Part shown: in pieces, positions 9,350 through 19,214 of the stretch
Layout: every line of letters begins with the position of its first letter
Position numbering within the stretch: the first letter of the stretch is position 1
Source of the DNA: an uncultured candidate division Zixibacteria bacterium
GTDB taxonomy: Bacteria; Zixibacteria; MSB-5A5; GN15; FEB-12
Assembly: GCA_963664195.1 (NCBI GenBank)
Contig: OY760907.1
Location: 320,001 to 384,000 of the forward strand
Direction of reading: 5' to 3'
Length of the DNA: 64,000 bases
Notes under the pieces: model-generated
What the model was told of the DNA's origin: nothing
The model's input: the letters and a program-made list of their open reading frames with translations, nothing else
Databases searched by the model: none
Program-made: the position numbers and the translations under genes

Positions 9350-9632
9350 CTGCGTGGGTAGCAGGTCGAACTCATCGCTCGATAATCGTGACGAGCAGGG
9401 GACTCATCGCGATGCTATCATCCCTACCGGTTTCGATTCGTGGAGACGACGCCCATCCGCCTGCTTCGAGTTTCGGGATACGTTGTGGGCCGACGAGGAC
9501 CGCAGATTGCTTTGTAGGGCAGAACCCGCATCCATACACTCTCGTATCTTCTCTGATTGTCGGAGCGGTTCTGCCATCGTCCGCCGGTGGCGGACTCCCT
9601 TTCCCGTCAGGTCTGAAGACATATCTGACCTG
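9350..9632. repeat. Cluster of degenerate REP-like palindromes between convergent genes
   Basis: GTAGGGCAGAACCCGC...GCGGTTCTGCC hairpin plus several decayed GTGG/GTAG-initiated motifs. Confidence 0.45.
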
Positions 9633-9643
9633 CAAGAGCCGAG

Positions 9644-11116
9644 CTACTTCGACTCTTCCAGCTTCTTCACGAGGTAGTTTCGTTCAAGGCGAAGCCCCCC
9701 CTGCGTGGCGAGCGAAATCATCGAACGCAGCGTGTCGTCATCCATTGCCTGCGTACGGTTGACACAGTCGGCAAACAGCACGTGACGGACCTCGTCCATA
9801 ATCTTGATCGGCACTGCCGCGAACGCCGTCGCTCCCAACCGCTCGAAATCGTCTTGATCAACCATCTCACCGTAGACCTCCGGACTGTTGCCCACAACAG
9901 ACACCGGCTCACCCTCGGCACGAAGATACCTGAACAGGCCTTTTTTCGAGGAGAAATTCAGGGTCTGCACAGATTGCTGTGACTCAAATCCAAAGCCGAC
10001 CCGGCCTGAGAACGTGCTCCATTTGGGATCGTAGTCGAAAAGCACCACACGGCCCATCTGCAATCCCCGGAAGGTCGCCTCGCAAATAACCTGCATGATT
10101 TCGTCATCGGTGCCTGCCTGCGTGAGTGCTCCGGCCGCATTCTGGAGAAAAGCGAGCTGGACTTCTTTGGAAGTCAACTGCTGGCGGATCGCCGCTTCTT
10201 CCCCCTCAATCGGGCTGCATTTCTCAAACTCGCTGGCGATGTCAATCTCAAGCTCTTTGGCAATCTCCGCGACTTCTTCGCGACAGGTGGACAACAGACC
10301 GATCATGGCTTCATCGCTGACTCCGACCAATTCCCTGGCTTCTCTCATCAGGGCAGCATAGGCCGTCGATGACGGGACCGCGTTGCTCATTATGTGCGGG
10401 TAAACCCTGTCGCCGAGATACACGAGGTCAACCAGCAGGTGGCTGGATTTTTCGCCCGGCATCTTACCGATACGATGGTGCTCCGAAATCGTCTTCACGA
10501 GACTATCCGGCAGATTCCACCCGCCTGCTACGTGCTCGCCGACCTCAAGATGATCCGTTCCGAGCAGGATTCGCTCGGTCTCGAAGATGTCGGGCAACTC
10601 AGCGTCGAGCCTGCTTATCTCCTGGTATTTGTCCGGGTACACACCGGCGAGTATCGCTTGACCGATGTCATGCATGAAACCGCCGATGAAAGCTACTTCG
10701 ACAAGTTTCGGCTTGTTCAGCGCCCGCGCGAGATATTTGGCAGTAACACCGCAGGCCAGAGATCGCGTCCAGAAACCGACGATATCGAAATTAGAATTCT
10801 TGGATATTTTATTGACGACTTCGTACACCGCCATTGATATGGCTATGTTCCGGACCGCCCGGAATCCCATCAGAATGATGCCGTGCGTCACGGTATTTAT
10901 TTTGCCGGAAAAGTCCCCATAGTAAACGGAGTTGGACATGCGGAGAATTCGCGAGGTCAACTGGTGATCCGAAAGAATACAGTTGGCCAGATCCGCCGCA
11001 GATGATTTCGGGTTTTCGGATATCTGCTTGATCTTCAGAATGATCTGAGGAATCGAGGGCAGGTTAGAAAACTTCTCGAGCTTCTTCTGGAGTTGCTTAT
11101 CGGTAATCGGGCTCAT
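9644..11116 (-). CDS. HDOD domain protein with C-terminal GAF-like domain
   Basis: LPSIP, D..LTSRILRMSNS, GFMHDIGQ, DHLEVG..WNLP..HH motifs. Confidence 0.88.
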   Translation of the reverse strand: MSPITDKQLQKKLEKFSNLPSIPQIILKIKQISENPKSSAADLANCILSDHQLTSRILRMSNSVYYGDFSGKINTVTHGIILMGFRAVRNIAISMAVYEVVNKISKNSNFDIVGFWTRSLACGVTAKYLARALNKPKLVEVAFIGGFMHDIGQAILAGVYPDKYQEISRLDAELPDIFETERILLGTDHLEVGEHVAGGWNLPDSLVKTISEHHRIGKMPGEKSSHLLVDLVYLGDRVYPHIMSNAVPSSTAYAALMREARELVGVSDEAMIGLLSTCREEVAEIAKELEIDIASEFEKCSPIEGEEAAIRQQLTSKEVQLAFLQNAAGALTQAGTDDEIMQVICEATFRGLQMGRVVLFDYDPKWSTFSGRVGFGFESQQSVQTLNFSSKKGLFRYLRAEGEPVSVVGNSPEVYGEMVDQDDFERLGATAFAAVPIKIMDEVRHVLFADCVNRTQAMDDDTLRSMISLATQGGLRLERNYLVKKLEESK

Positions 11117-12012
11117 AACTCTTCAAACACACCCATTTCAGCTTCGTAACGGTCGCGGAATTGATCATCAATGGCGGCGATTTTGTCCTCGTTCAACGAT
11201 AGTGCCTGTGCCGAATCGAGATTCGCCAGATCTTCCACATAGTAGTCGGTAAACCCAACCTGTAATCTCTTCGCCATGTAGTTCGCCAGATGAATGACAT
11301 GCGGCACAAGAGTATCGGCCGTGTCATCCATTTCGGGAAGGTTGTGGTGCAACTCAATGCCCCGAATCAAACTCGATGGAAACGACCATTTCTCCAGCAA
11401 CACGGCAGCCACATCGCAATGCGTGAAACCGAACACTCGCAGTTCGATTTCGTCGAACCGACCGGCGGTTTCCTCTACCTGCGCGATGATCTTGCGGTAC
11501 TTCTCGGACAGCCTCTGGATCATAACCAGCTTGCCGATGTCATGCATCAGGGCCGCGATGAATACTTCTTCGCTCTCCGGGTGACCGACAGCATCGGCCA
11601 GTTGCCTCGCGGCCACCGCAGTCGACAGGGAATGTCGCCAGAGTTTTGCCTCGGGGCCGTTTTTGTCCTCTCTCTTAAACATCCCGTAAGCAGAAGTCGC
11701 GACCACTATGGATCTGACGGTGAAGAAACCAAGTATCAACACGGCCTCCTGGAGCGATTTGACGCCGCCTGATCGACCGTAAAACGAGGAATTGGAGAGT
11801 TTCAGCACCTTGGCCGTCAGCGATTGATCAGAGGACAGCACACGGGAGACGTCGACCAGCTTGGAATTAAGATCAGAGGTCAAGCCCATAACCGTACTGA
11901 CGATAGCGGGTGAAGCCGGAAGATCCCCGATCGTGGCAATGATACTGTCGAGTACATGCCCGTTGCCGACGTGTCCCCCGCCTGAGAGGGCTTGCTGAGA
12001 AGTCGAATCCAT
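11113..12012 (-). CDS. Stand-alone HDOD domain protein
   Basis: LPASP, DQSLTAKVLKLSNSSFYG, LMHDIGK, THCDV..WSFP..HH motifs; start set at ATG 12012. Confidence 0.88.
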   Translation of the reverse strand: MDSTSQQALSGGGHVGNGHVLDSIIATIGDLPASPAIVSTVMGLTSDLNSKLVDVSRVLSSDQSLTAKVLKLSNSSFYGRSGGVKSLQEAVLILGFFTVRSIVVATSAYGMFKREDKNGPEAKLWRHSLSTAVAARQLADAVGHPESEEVFIAALMHDIGKLVMIQRLSEKYRKIIAQVEETAGRFDEIELRVFGFTHCDVAAVLLEKWSFPSSLIRGIELHHNLPEMDDTADTLVPHVIHLANYMAKRLQVGFTDYYVEDLANLDSAQALSLNEDKIAAIDDQFRDRYEAEMGVFEEL

Positions 12013-12020
12013 ATGTAGGG

Positions 12021-12048
12021 TTATCGGCAGTCTCCGAGGAGAGGTTGA
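12021..12048 (-). promoter_or_regulatory. Putative sigma28 (FliA/SigD-type) promoter
   Basis: TCAA-N16-GCCGATAA, ending 8 nt before the HDOD ATG. Confidence 0.55.
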
Positions 12049-12087
12049 GAGGCAGATGCGATGTGTTTTGCGTACGAGGTTCAAACG

Positions 12088-12112
12088 AAAAGCCCACCGG
12101 AACGGTGGGCTT
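12088..12112 (-). terminator. Intrinsic terminator after the GGDEF-like gene
   Basis: AAGCCCACCG-gaa-CGGTGGGCTT perfect stem with a T run on the minus strand. Confidence 0.75.
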
Positions 12113-12144
12113 CAGAAATTCGGGTATGTCTAAAAAGAAAGAGA

Positions 12145-12588
12145 TCAGCCGCGATGAGCCAGTTCGTCCAGAAAATCGGCCATGGTCTTGGCACCGGCCG
12201 TATCGGGATAAGAGGCAATCTCCACCGGGATCATTTCCGGAATTGGCTTGCCGGTTAGTTCCTGCAGTCGCGCGCGTACAATGTCGCTCAACCGTCGGAC
12301 CACAACCTCAGCCTCCTGACGGGAGGTCTCGGGAAACAACAGGGCCAACGCCCCCTCACCGACAAGCTCAGCCTGGTCACATCCACGAACGTGGGTCCTG
12401 ACACGCTCCAGAATCTCGGGCAGCACATGCACAAAGGCCTCACCGGCCGATTGACGGGCAGGCTCAAGGTCCATTACGGACAGAGACACAAAAATCCGAT
12501 ACCTTTCGGCTCTGGAGAGTTCTACGCCAGCTGTGTCGAAAAAGGATCGGTCCATCGTTCCCGTCCTTGCTGAAAATCTAGTTGCCAT
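12145..12588 (-). CDS. Degenerate stand-alone GGDEF-fold protein
   Basis: ELSRAERY..SLSVMDL, RGCD then GEGAL at the GGDEF position, LLFPET, IASYPD. Confidence 0.7.
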   Translation of the reverse strand: MATRFSARTGTMDRSFFDTAGVELSRAERYRIFVSLSVMDLEPARQSAGEAFVHVLPEILERVRTHVRGCDQAELVGEGALALLFPETSRQEAEVVVRRLSDIVRARLQELTGKPIPEMIPVEIASYPDTAGAKTMADFLDELAHRG

Positions 12589-12647
12589 CAGACCAGCCTT
12601 ACCACTACAAAGTTCTCAAGCACAGTTGCCCGTGGACTCATAAGAAA

Positions 12648-12663
12648 AGCAACTGCCATTCCA
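12648..12663 (-). promoter_or_regulatory. Sigma54 promoter
   Basis: TGGAATGGCAGTTGCT (GG-N10-GC, -24/-12), 60 nt upstream of ATG 12588. Confidence 0.7.
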
Positions 12664-12886
12664 AACCGTGAAAATCCGGTTAATCAATCCTAACTATTCT
12701 GTAAACGGGACAAAGAGGTGCGGAAAGGCCCGCTAACTCACATTCCAGAGAAGGCTTACGTCTGGCACTGTACGGCTCACAATCGGGGCAACGTGTATGT
12801 ACACATCTCGATCATGCAACGGCATGCTCAATTATTGCACAGAGGAGTTATATCTATGAAAGGTCTTGGTAGAACAAATCGGCGAC

Positions 12887-14320
12887 TTATTTCGTTGTGT
12901 TAAGATCGTAATCCTTGATCTTGTACAACAGCGAACGGTAGCTGATCTGAAGAAGCTCAGCTGCTTTGCGTCGATTCCAGTTCGTACGGGTCAGTACCTG
13001 CGAAATGAGGCGTTTCTCTTCCTCAGCGATCTTTTTTCCGATTCTCGCTTTCAGAGAGAAGTCCTCGGGATCATCTTCCTCAGCAACGCCGGGATTGGCC
13101 GCAACAGCCACGGATGAAGGCGTAGTCCCTCCGCTAACCGCCTGATGACTGGCAGAGGCGATTAACTCGCAGATAATCTGTTCGTCTGAGCGCACCACCA
13201 CCTGCTTGATCATGTTTTCGAGTTGGCGCACGTTGCCCGGCCAGAAGAACTGGTTCAACTTACCCATCGTCTCAGACGAGACCGAAGGGCATTCCTTGCC
13301 GTACAGCTGATTGTACCTCTCAAGGAAGTGATTCACCAACAGGGGAACATCCCCCGGCCGCTCCCTGAGAGGCGGCAGGAAGAGAGTTATTTCGTTGAGA
13401 CGATAGAAGAGGTCGTCGCGGAACTGACGTTCGTTGATGGCCTGTTCAAGGTCACGATTGGTCGCGCAGACGATGCGGACGTCGACACGGATATTCTGAA
13501 TTCCCCCGACCCTCACGAATTCCTGCTGTTCCAGCACCTGGAGAAGCTTCGATTGCAGGTCATGGGGCATATCGCCGATTTCATCGAGGAATATCGTTCC
13601 CTTGTTGGCCAGCTCAAACCGTCCCTGCTTGGTCTTATGAGCGCCTGTGAAAGCGCCTTTTTCGTATCCAAACAACTCGGCCTCAAGAAGGTCACGCGGG
13701 ATCGCGGCACAGTTGACTTTGACAAAAGGCTGGTTGCGTCGGCCGGAAAGTTGATGCAGAGAGCGGGCAGCGATTTCCTTACCGGTACCGGATTCACCAC
13801 GAATCAGAACCGAAAGCTCGGAATCTGCCACCTGCTCGATCAACGACTTGACGCGCACCATCGGCTCGGAATCACCCACAAAAGCGGTGTAATCGTTGCG
13901 GACCGCCAGCTCTTTTTTCAGCTCGACGACTTCCTCCCTGAGCTTGACACGCTCAAGGACACCGTTGATATGGATCTCCACCTCACGGACATCGAACGGC
14001 TTGTCGATAAACTCAGCCGCTCCGAGACGCATGGATTCCACCACATACTTAGTGTCACCATGACCGGAAATCATTATCACTTCCGGACGTACGTCCTGCT
14101 TGTTGAGTTTCTCGAGCACCTCAAGACCGGTCATGCCCGGCATCTTGATGTCCAGAAGGATCAGGTCGGGTTTCTCGGTAGAAACCATCTGGATGCCCTC
14201 GATACCGTCACGGGCAGTGACGAATTCGAAGTTCGATGACATACCCTCGGAGAGAATCCAGGCTACCTTTGGGTCATCATCGATAACCAGTACTTTTGTT
14301 TTTGCTTTGTCTTTTGCCAT
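12887..14320 (-). CDS. Sigma54-dependent NtrC-family response regulator (REC-AAA+-Fis HTH)
   Basis: LLDIKMPG receiver, [36 protein letters not shown]-terminal HTH. Confidence 0.95.
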   Translation of the reverse strand: MAKDKAKTKVLVIDDDPKVAWILSEGMSSNFEFVTARDGIEGIQMVSTEKPDLILLDIKMPGMTGLEVLEKLNKQDVRPEVIMISGHGDTKYVVESMRLGAAEFIDKPFDVREVEIHINGVLERVKLREEVVELKKELAVRNDYTAFVGDSEPMVRVKSLIEQVADSELSVLIRGESGTGKEIAARSLHQLSGRRNQPFVKVNCAAIPRDLLEAELFGYEKGAFTGAHKTKQGRFELANKGTIFLDEIGDMPHDLQSKLLQVLEQQEFVRVGGIQNIRVDVRIVCATNRDLEQAINERQFRDDLFYRLNEITLFLPPLRERPGDVPLLVNHFLERYNQLYGKECPSVSSETMGKLNQFFWPGNVRQLENMIKQVVVRSDEQIICELIASASHQAVSGGTTPSSVAVAANPGVAEEDDPEDFSLKARIGKKIAEEEKRLISQVLTRTNWNRRKAAELLQISYRSLLYKIKDYDLNTTK

Positions 14321-14422
14321 AATTTGGTCAGTCTGTTACCGCTAAGTATCGGCAAATGAGCCTGCAAATCAAGCTCATTTCCTACTTCTGTTGCCGCTTT
14401 GTCGCAAGAAAATGCAACCAGA

Positions 14423-16564
14423 TCATTGAATATACGGCAAATAGACCGTGAATGTCGTCCCTTTGCCATCTTCCGATTCAATATGCAACGTTCCGCTATG
14501 CGATGAAATCACACGCTCCACCACGGCCAACCCCAGCCCGGTGCCGGTATCTTTGGACGTGTAGTACCGATCAAACACCCTGGAAAGATGCTCCTTCTTG
14601 ATGCCAACACCGGAATCGATCACTTTAATCGCGAGATATCGTTCTTTTTTGTGGGGCGGCTTTTCGATAAGCCCACGGATTTCGAGCTTGCCGCCGTCCC
14701 GCATCGCGTCAATAGCGTTGATCATCACATTCAGAAAGACTTCCATCATCTGGTTCTTGTTTATGATCACATCCCAGTTGGCCTCGTCGAAATCGTAGCT
14801 AAATTCAATCTTGCTGCGCCGCAAATCTGGTCCGATCAATTCGGCTGCGCGAAGAATAATCTGCCTGAGATCGGCTTTGCTCGTCTCGTAGCGATTGGGG
14901 TTCGAAAAGTCCACCAGTTCACGAACGAGTTCGTTCATGCGATGAACCTCATCCTCCGCCAGTTGGAAGAAATCGGAGTTCTCAGCAACTTCGGGCCATC
15001 GGCCGCGCAGAATCTGCAAACCGCCCTTAATCGATGTCAGTGGCTTGCGCAAATCGTGAGAGATCTCAGAAATCATATTTCCCATCGTCATCAGGCGAGT
15101 AGCATTCAGCAGCGCCTTTTCTTTTTCAAACAGCACAGCCGCCTGCGAGATGACCAGGCGAGCCAGCGAAATGTCCTCGTCGCTGTATGCGCGATCCGAA
15201 TCTGATCCCAGGTAAAAGACAAAATTGAGTTCTCCCTGATGCGTGATCGGCACTGCCATGTATGCGTTTTTTGGTGCCGGATAATGCGCGTTTTCCTTGA
15301 GCTTCTCTCCAAGGAATCGGGACAGCCGCGCAATATCTGACGTGTCAAACTCATCCAGATCGACATTGGTGATGAGCGTGGCCGTGCGCTGAATCTTGCC
15401 CAGATCGATCTTGCCGCTATCTGTGAGCGGGATAGGCACCTCGCCGATTACACCGTTGGGAATCAGGCACTTATTGGCACGATCCCAGTCAAACCAGATA
15501 GCGTAATCAACTTCAAATACCCGTTTCAACTTGTCAATCAGAGCCGTCCGAAAACTTACCATGGAGTCAATGGCCGGTAACTCGTTTGCGATCTCGTGGA
15601 GAATCTCAAACTCTGCCAGCCGACGTCGGTTGCGGTCGAATTGGCGGGCATCATCAACTGCAATGGCCGCCTGCGAAGCGAAATTGGTCAGCAGGCGAAG
15701 ATCATCCTCGGTGAAACTCTGACCGTCTGATTTGTTAGCCATGTTGATTACGCCCAAAACCGTGTTCTTGATCCGCAACGGTGCGCACAGGAGCGAGGCT
15801 CCTCCGTACCGCTCACGGCTGGTGCGTTTGAAGCGGGGATCGTTCTCCACGTCCCCGACAACCAGTGCTTCGCCGGTCTTGGCTACGTAGCCGGCAATCG
15901 ACGCCCCAAGCGGGAGGCGTGTCTTCTCGATGACTTCGCTCTCAAGCCCGATTGCAGCCTCAATCGTGAGAAACTCGTGCTGCTCGTCCACAAGCATAAT
16001 GGAACCGACGTTTGCCTCGGTAACGGTTGACGCAAGAACAACAATCTGCAGCAACAGCTTGGTGAGGTTGGCCGAGGATCCAATAGACTTGCCAGCCTCG
16101 TACAGGGCGTTCAGTTCTCCCACACGACGCTTCAGAATCAGGTTGGAGAGTTTGAGTTCTTCCATTAACCGAAGGCGGGACAGTTCGTTGCGCCGAAGGG
16201 TCAGGGCGCGATTGACCACCATCTCGAGGTGTGGGAACGCGATCGGCTTGAGCAGATAATCGTAGGCCCCTTTGCTGATAGCATCCAGAGCGGAATCGAG
16301 CGAGGCATTGCCGGTCAACAATATCACCGGTATCATCTCGTCGATTTCCTTGACCGTCCGGAGAATCTCCAGACCGTCCATTTCAGGCATGCGAATATCC
16401 GTAATGACAAGATCAACTTTGCCGTCACGAATAGCGGTCAAAGCCTGCGGTGGACTCTGGAAGCCGGTCGTCTGGTATCCCTCGCCCTGCAGCAAAGTGG
16501 TGAGGGAATCGCACATCCGTTTCTCGTCGTCGATGATTACAATCTTAGCTGTCGGTTTTGTCAT
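14423..16564 (-). CDS. Hybrid sensor kinase REC-GAF-GAF-HisKA-HATPase
   Basis: N-terminal receiver (ITDIRMPEMDG), GAF domains, ISHDLRKPLTSI H-box, NAIDA, GTGLGL. Confidence 0.9.
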   Translation of the reverse strand: MTKPTAKIVIIDDEKRMCDSLTTLLQGEGYQTTGFQSPPQALTAIRDGKVDLVITDIRMPEMDGLEILRTVKEIDEMIPVILLTGNASLDSALDAISKGAYDYLLKPIAFPHLEMVVNRALTLRRNELSRLRLMEELKLSNLILKRRVGELNALYEAGKSIGSSANLTKLLLQIVVLASTVTEANVGSIMLVDEQHEFLTIEAAIGLESEVIEKTRLPLGASIAGYVAKTGEALVVGDVENDPRFKRTSRERYGGASLLCAPLRIKNTVLGVINMANKSDGQSFTEDDLRLLTNFASQAAIAVDDARQFDRNRRRLAEFEILHEIANELPAIDSMVSFRTALIDKLKRVFEVDYAIWFDWDRANKCLIPNGVIGEVPIPLTDSGKIDLGKIQRTATLITNVDLDEFDTSDIARLSRFLGEKLKENAHYPAPKNAYMAVPITHQGELNFVFYLGSDSDRAYSDEDISLARLVISQAAVLFEKEKALLNATRLMTMGNMISEISHDLRKPLTSIKGGLQILRGRWPEVAENSDFFQLAEDEVHRMNELVRELVDFSNPNRYETSKADLRQIILRAAELIGPDLRRSKIEFSYDFDEANWDVIINKNQMMEVFLNVMINAIDAMRDGGKLEIRGLIEKPPHKKERYLAIKVIDSGVGIKKEHLSRVFDRYYTSKDTGTGLGLAVVERVISSHSGTLHIESEDGKGTTFTVYLPYIQ

Positions 16565-16576
16565 GTCCTTACCGGT

Positions 16577-17938
16577 CTAGTCAAGCAGTGGCAGGAGGAT
16601 TTCGAAATATCCCCCCGGGTCGGAATCTTTATAACTTATCGACCCACCGTGACTTCTTATTATCCCGTGGCAGACAGAAAGTCCTAATCCGGTACCCTTG
16701 TCGCCTTTGGTGGTAAAAAACGGCTCGAAAATACGAGGGATGATATCAGGAGGTATTCCCTCGCCGGTATCCCTGAACAGAATTTGCAGGCTATTCTCGC
16801 ACCGTTTCAATTCAATAATCAGGTTGCCGCCGGACTCCATGGCCGACCGCGCATTGACGATTAGATTGAGAAATACCTGCTTCAGACTATCGCCGTTACC
16901 ATTAACTCTGCGGTCAGTATCTTCAAACCTGCGCACAACGATTATACTGGATGACTTCAACTGACGTTCCGTCAGTTCGAGAGTGTTTTCGAGAACCTCA
17001 CGAACATCCACCGGCCTGAATTCCATAGTAACCGGCCTCTGGAACTCGCGCATTTGGCCGACGATATTAGCAATTCGGTCAATCTCCTGGCTGACTATCT
17101 CGGAATACTCCTCGATTGACTTCCGCCCTTTGCCCTCACGTTTCAGCAAGAGGACATAGTTCTTGATGATGCCAAGCGGGTTATTGACCTCATGGGCTAT
17201 TTTGGCCGACATCTCGCCGAGTGCCGCGAGCCTCTCGGTCTGCACCAGTTGCTGTTGTGCGGCGCGCAATTGCTCGATGGCCAGCTTCTCGGCTTCGTAC
17301 AGGCGGGCGTTTTCGATCGCAACCGATATCTGGTTGCCGAGAGCAGAAAGGAACTCCATGTCATCCGGGGTAAAATCTGTTTCGGAAATCTTGTCAGCCA
17401 ATACAAAAAGCCCCGTTAGATGAGTCTGGTGGATTAAAGGGACAACCACTCCTTTGGAGAATCCCTTCAGGATTTCCATTTCATCGGGAGGCACCATCTC
17501 CTCGGAAAGCTCGCGCACGAACACCGGCCGGTTCAACTTGGCGAGATACTTGGCCAGTTGCGTATCGTCGCGGAAAAAATCCTCCGGCCGTGGCAAGTGC
17601 CCGGAACCTTTGGTGCGAACGAGATAGAATCTATTGGCATAAATGTGCCGCCGAAGGAAAATCGCTCCCTTGAGTGATCCAAGCTGCCCCAGGCAGGTGA
17701 AGATGAACGTCTCCAGCAAAAGCTCGTAGTCCAACACGGCATTGAAGTTCCGACTGATCTCGAAGATCGTGTACAGGTCGAACACTTTCCGCTTCAACTG
17801 ACGGTTGGTGACGCTCAGTTGGTCGATCTTCTCCTCGAGATCCGGGACTTTCCGCACCTGCGGTTCCCCGGTCGGTGTCGGCTTGACCACTGGGGCCGGA
17901 CTGGCCGCTTTTTTCCTGTTGGATCGTCGAGCGTTCAT
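16577..17938 (-). CDS. Cytoplasmic GAF sensor histidine kinase
   Basis: GAF ending AIENARLY, IAHEVNNPL H-box, FEPFFTTK, GTGLGL; ATG 17938 overlaps the folC stop (ATGA). Confidence 0.88.
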   Translation of the reverse strand: MNARRSNRKKAASPAPVVKPTPTGEPQVRKVPDLEEKIDQLSVTNRQLKRKVFDLYTIFEISRNFNAVLDYELLLETFIFTCLGQLGSLKGAIFLRRHIYANRFYLVRTKGSGHLPRPEDFFRDDTQLAKYLAKLNRPVFVRELSEEMVPPDEMEILKGFSKGVVVPLIHQTHLTGLFVLADKISETDFTPDDMEFLSALGNQISVAIENARLYEAEKLAIEQLRAAQQQLVQTERLAALGEMSAKIAHEVNNPLGIIKNYVLLLKREGKGRKSIEEYSEIVSQEIDRIANIVGQMREFQRPVTMEFRPVDVREVLENTLELTERQLKSSSIIVVRRFEDTDRRVNGNGDSLKQVFLNLIVNARSAMESGGNLIIELKRCENSLQILFRDTGEGIPPDIIPRIFEPFFTTKGDKGTGLGLSVCHGIIRSHGGSISYKDSDPGGYFEILLPLLD

Positions 17939-19214
17939 TTCCACACGTACTTCTTCAAATAATCCCCCACCAGATAATGGGAGCCCAGTATGCATATAGT
18001 ATCGTCTGGTGTTGTCCTTTTCAGCAGTTTCCGCCAACCGGTTTCCAAACCGGCGGAGCGGATAAGCGGCACACCGTTCCAATTCAGACCGGCCTCAAGC
18101 TCTTTCGTGTCGGTCGTACGCTTGGTTGGCAGCGGCACCAGATGGAATTCACGAGCGATCGGCGCAAGCACATCGATTATCTGTTGATGCTGTTTGCGCT
18201 TCACCAATCCGATCATGACGCACACCTTCCGTCCCGGGTACATCCGCATGAACGTGTCCGCAAAAGCCGCCGCGCCCGCCGCGTTGTGACAGACATCAAG
18301 AACAACCCCCGGCCTGTCACCATTGGGAGGCAGAATCTGGAATCGACCCGGCCACTCCGTTGATTTGAGACCGCGCGTAATGGCAGATTTGCTTAGCTTG
18401 AATCCGTCCTCACGCAGAATCGTAAGCGCTCTCAACACTAGGGCACAGTTCTTCAACTGGTGCGTTCCGAGCAGCGACGGGGCAAAACTCTTGAGAGAAA
18501 GCCCGTCGACATCGAAATCCATGCGAAGTCCGGAACGGGCAATATTGAAGTCTCGCTGCTTGAGTTCATGCAAAGGAGCATCTTGCGATTTGCAGACCTC
18601 ACGCATGACGCCCGCCGCTGCTTTCGGCAGCAATCCGGTAAGATTCGGCACGCCGCTCTTGATAATACCGGCCTTCTCGCCAGCGATTTCCTCGAGTGTC
18701 TCACCCAGAATTTCCGCATGATCAAAACTGATGTCGGTTATGACTGTCAGTGCGGGATGAAGGACATTGGTGGCGTCGAGACGACCGCCAAGTCCGGTTT
18801 CTATGACGGCGACATCGACCTGTTGACGGGCGAAATAGTCAAATGAGAGCGCTGCGACCAGCTCAAAAAACGAGATTTTTTTTTTACGAGTTCCGGTCGG
18901 CAGCGGTCCACAAACCCGGCCAAAGCCTGCTTCGTGATTTTCTGACCGTTGACTTTGACTCGCTCGCGAAAATCAACCAGATGCGGCGAAGTGAACAGCC
19001 CCGTACGATATCCGGCACTCTGAAGCACCGCAGCCAGCATGGCCGCGCTGGAACCCTTGCCGTTGGTGCCGGCTATATGAATCGTCGCGTATTTGTCCTG
19101 GGGGCGGCCGAGATTCTTCAGGAATTCAGTTATGTTCTCCAGGCCGAGCTTCATTCCGAAGAACTCACGTGAAAGACAAAACTTCTCCGCTGCGGAATAG
19201 GTGTGGCGACGCAT
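17935..19214 (-). CDS. folC: Folylpolyglutamate synthase/dihydrofolate synthase, frameshifted in an A10 run at 18876-18885
   Basis: HIAGTNGKGS and FTSPHL in the 5' frame; ISFFEL..ETGLGGRLDATN, WPGRFQ, DVCHN in the shifted frame. Confidence 0.88.

Noticed and set aside
13223..14239. Long antisense ORFs (also 224..958, 20296..21261, 21617..22753, 36058..36963, 43202..44431, 47105..47950)
   Set aside because: They lie opposite well-supported genes, have no recognisable motifs, and are expected from codon bias in GC-rich coding DNA.
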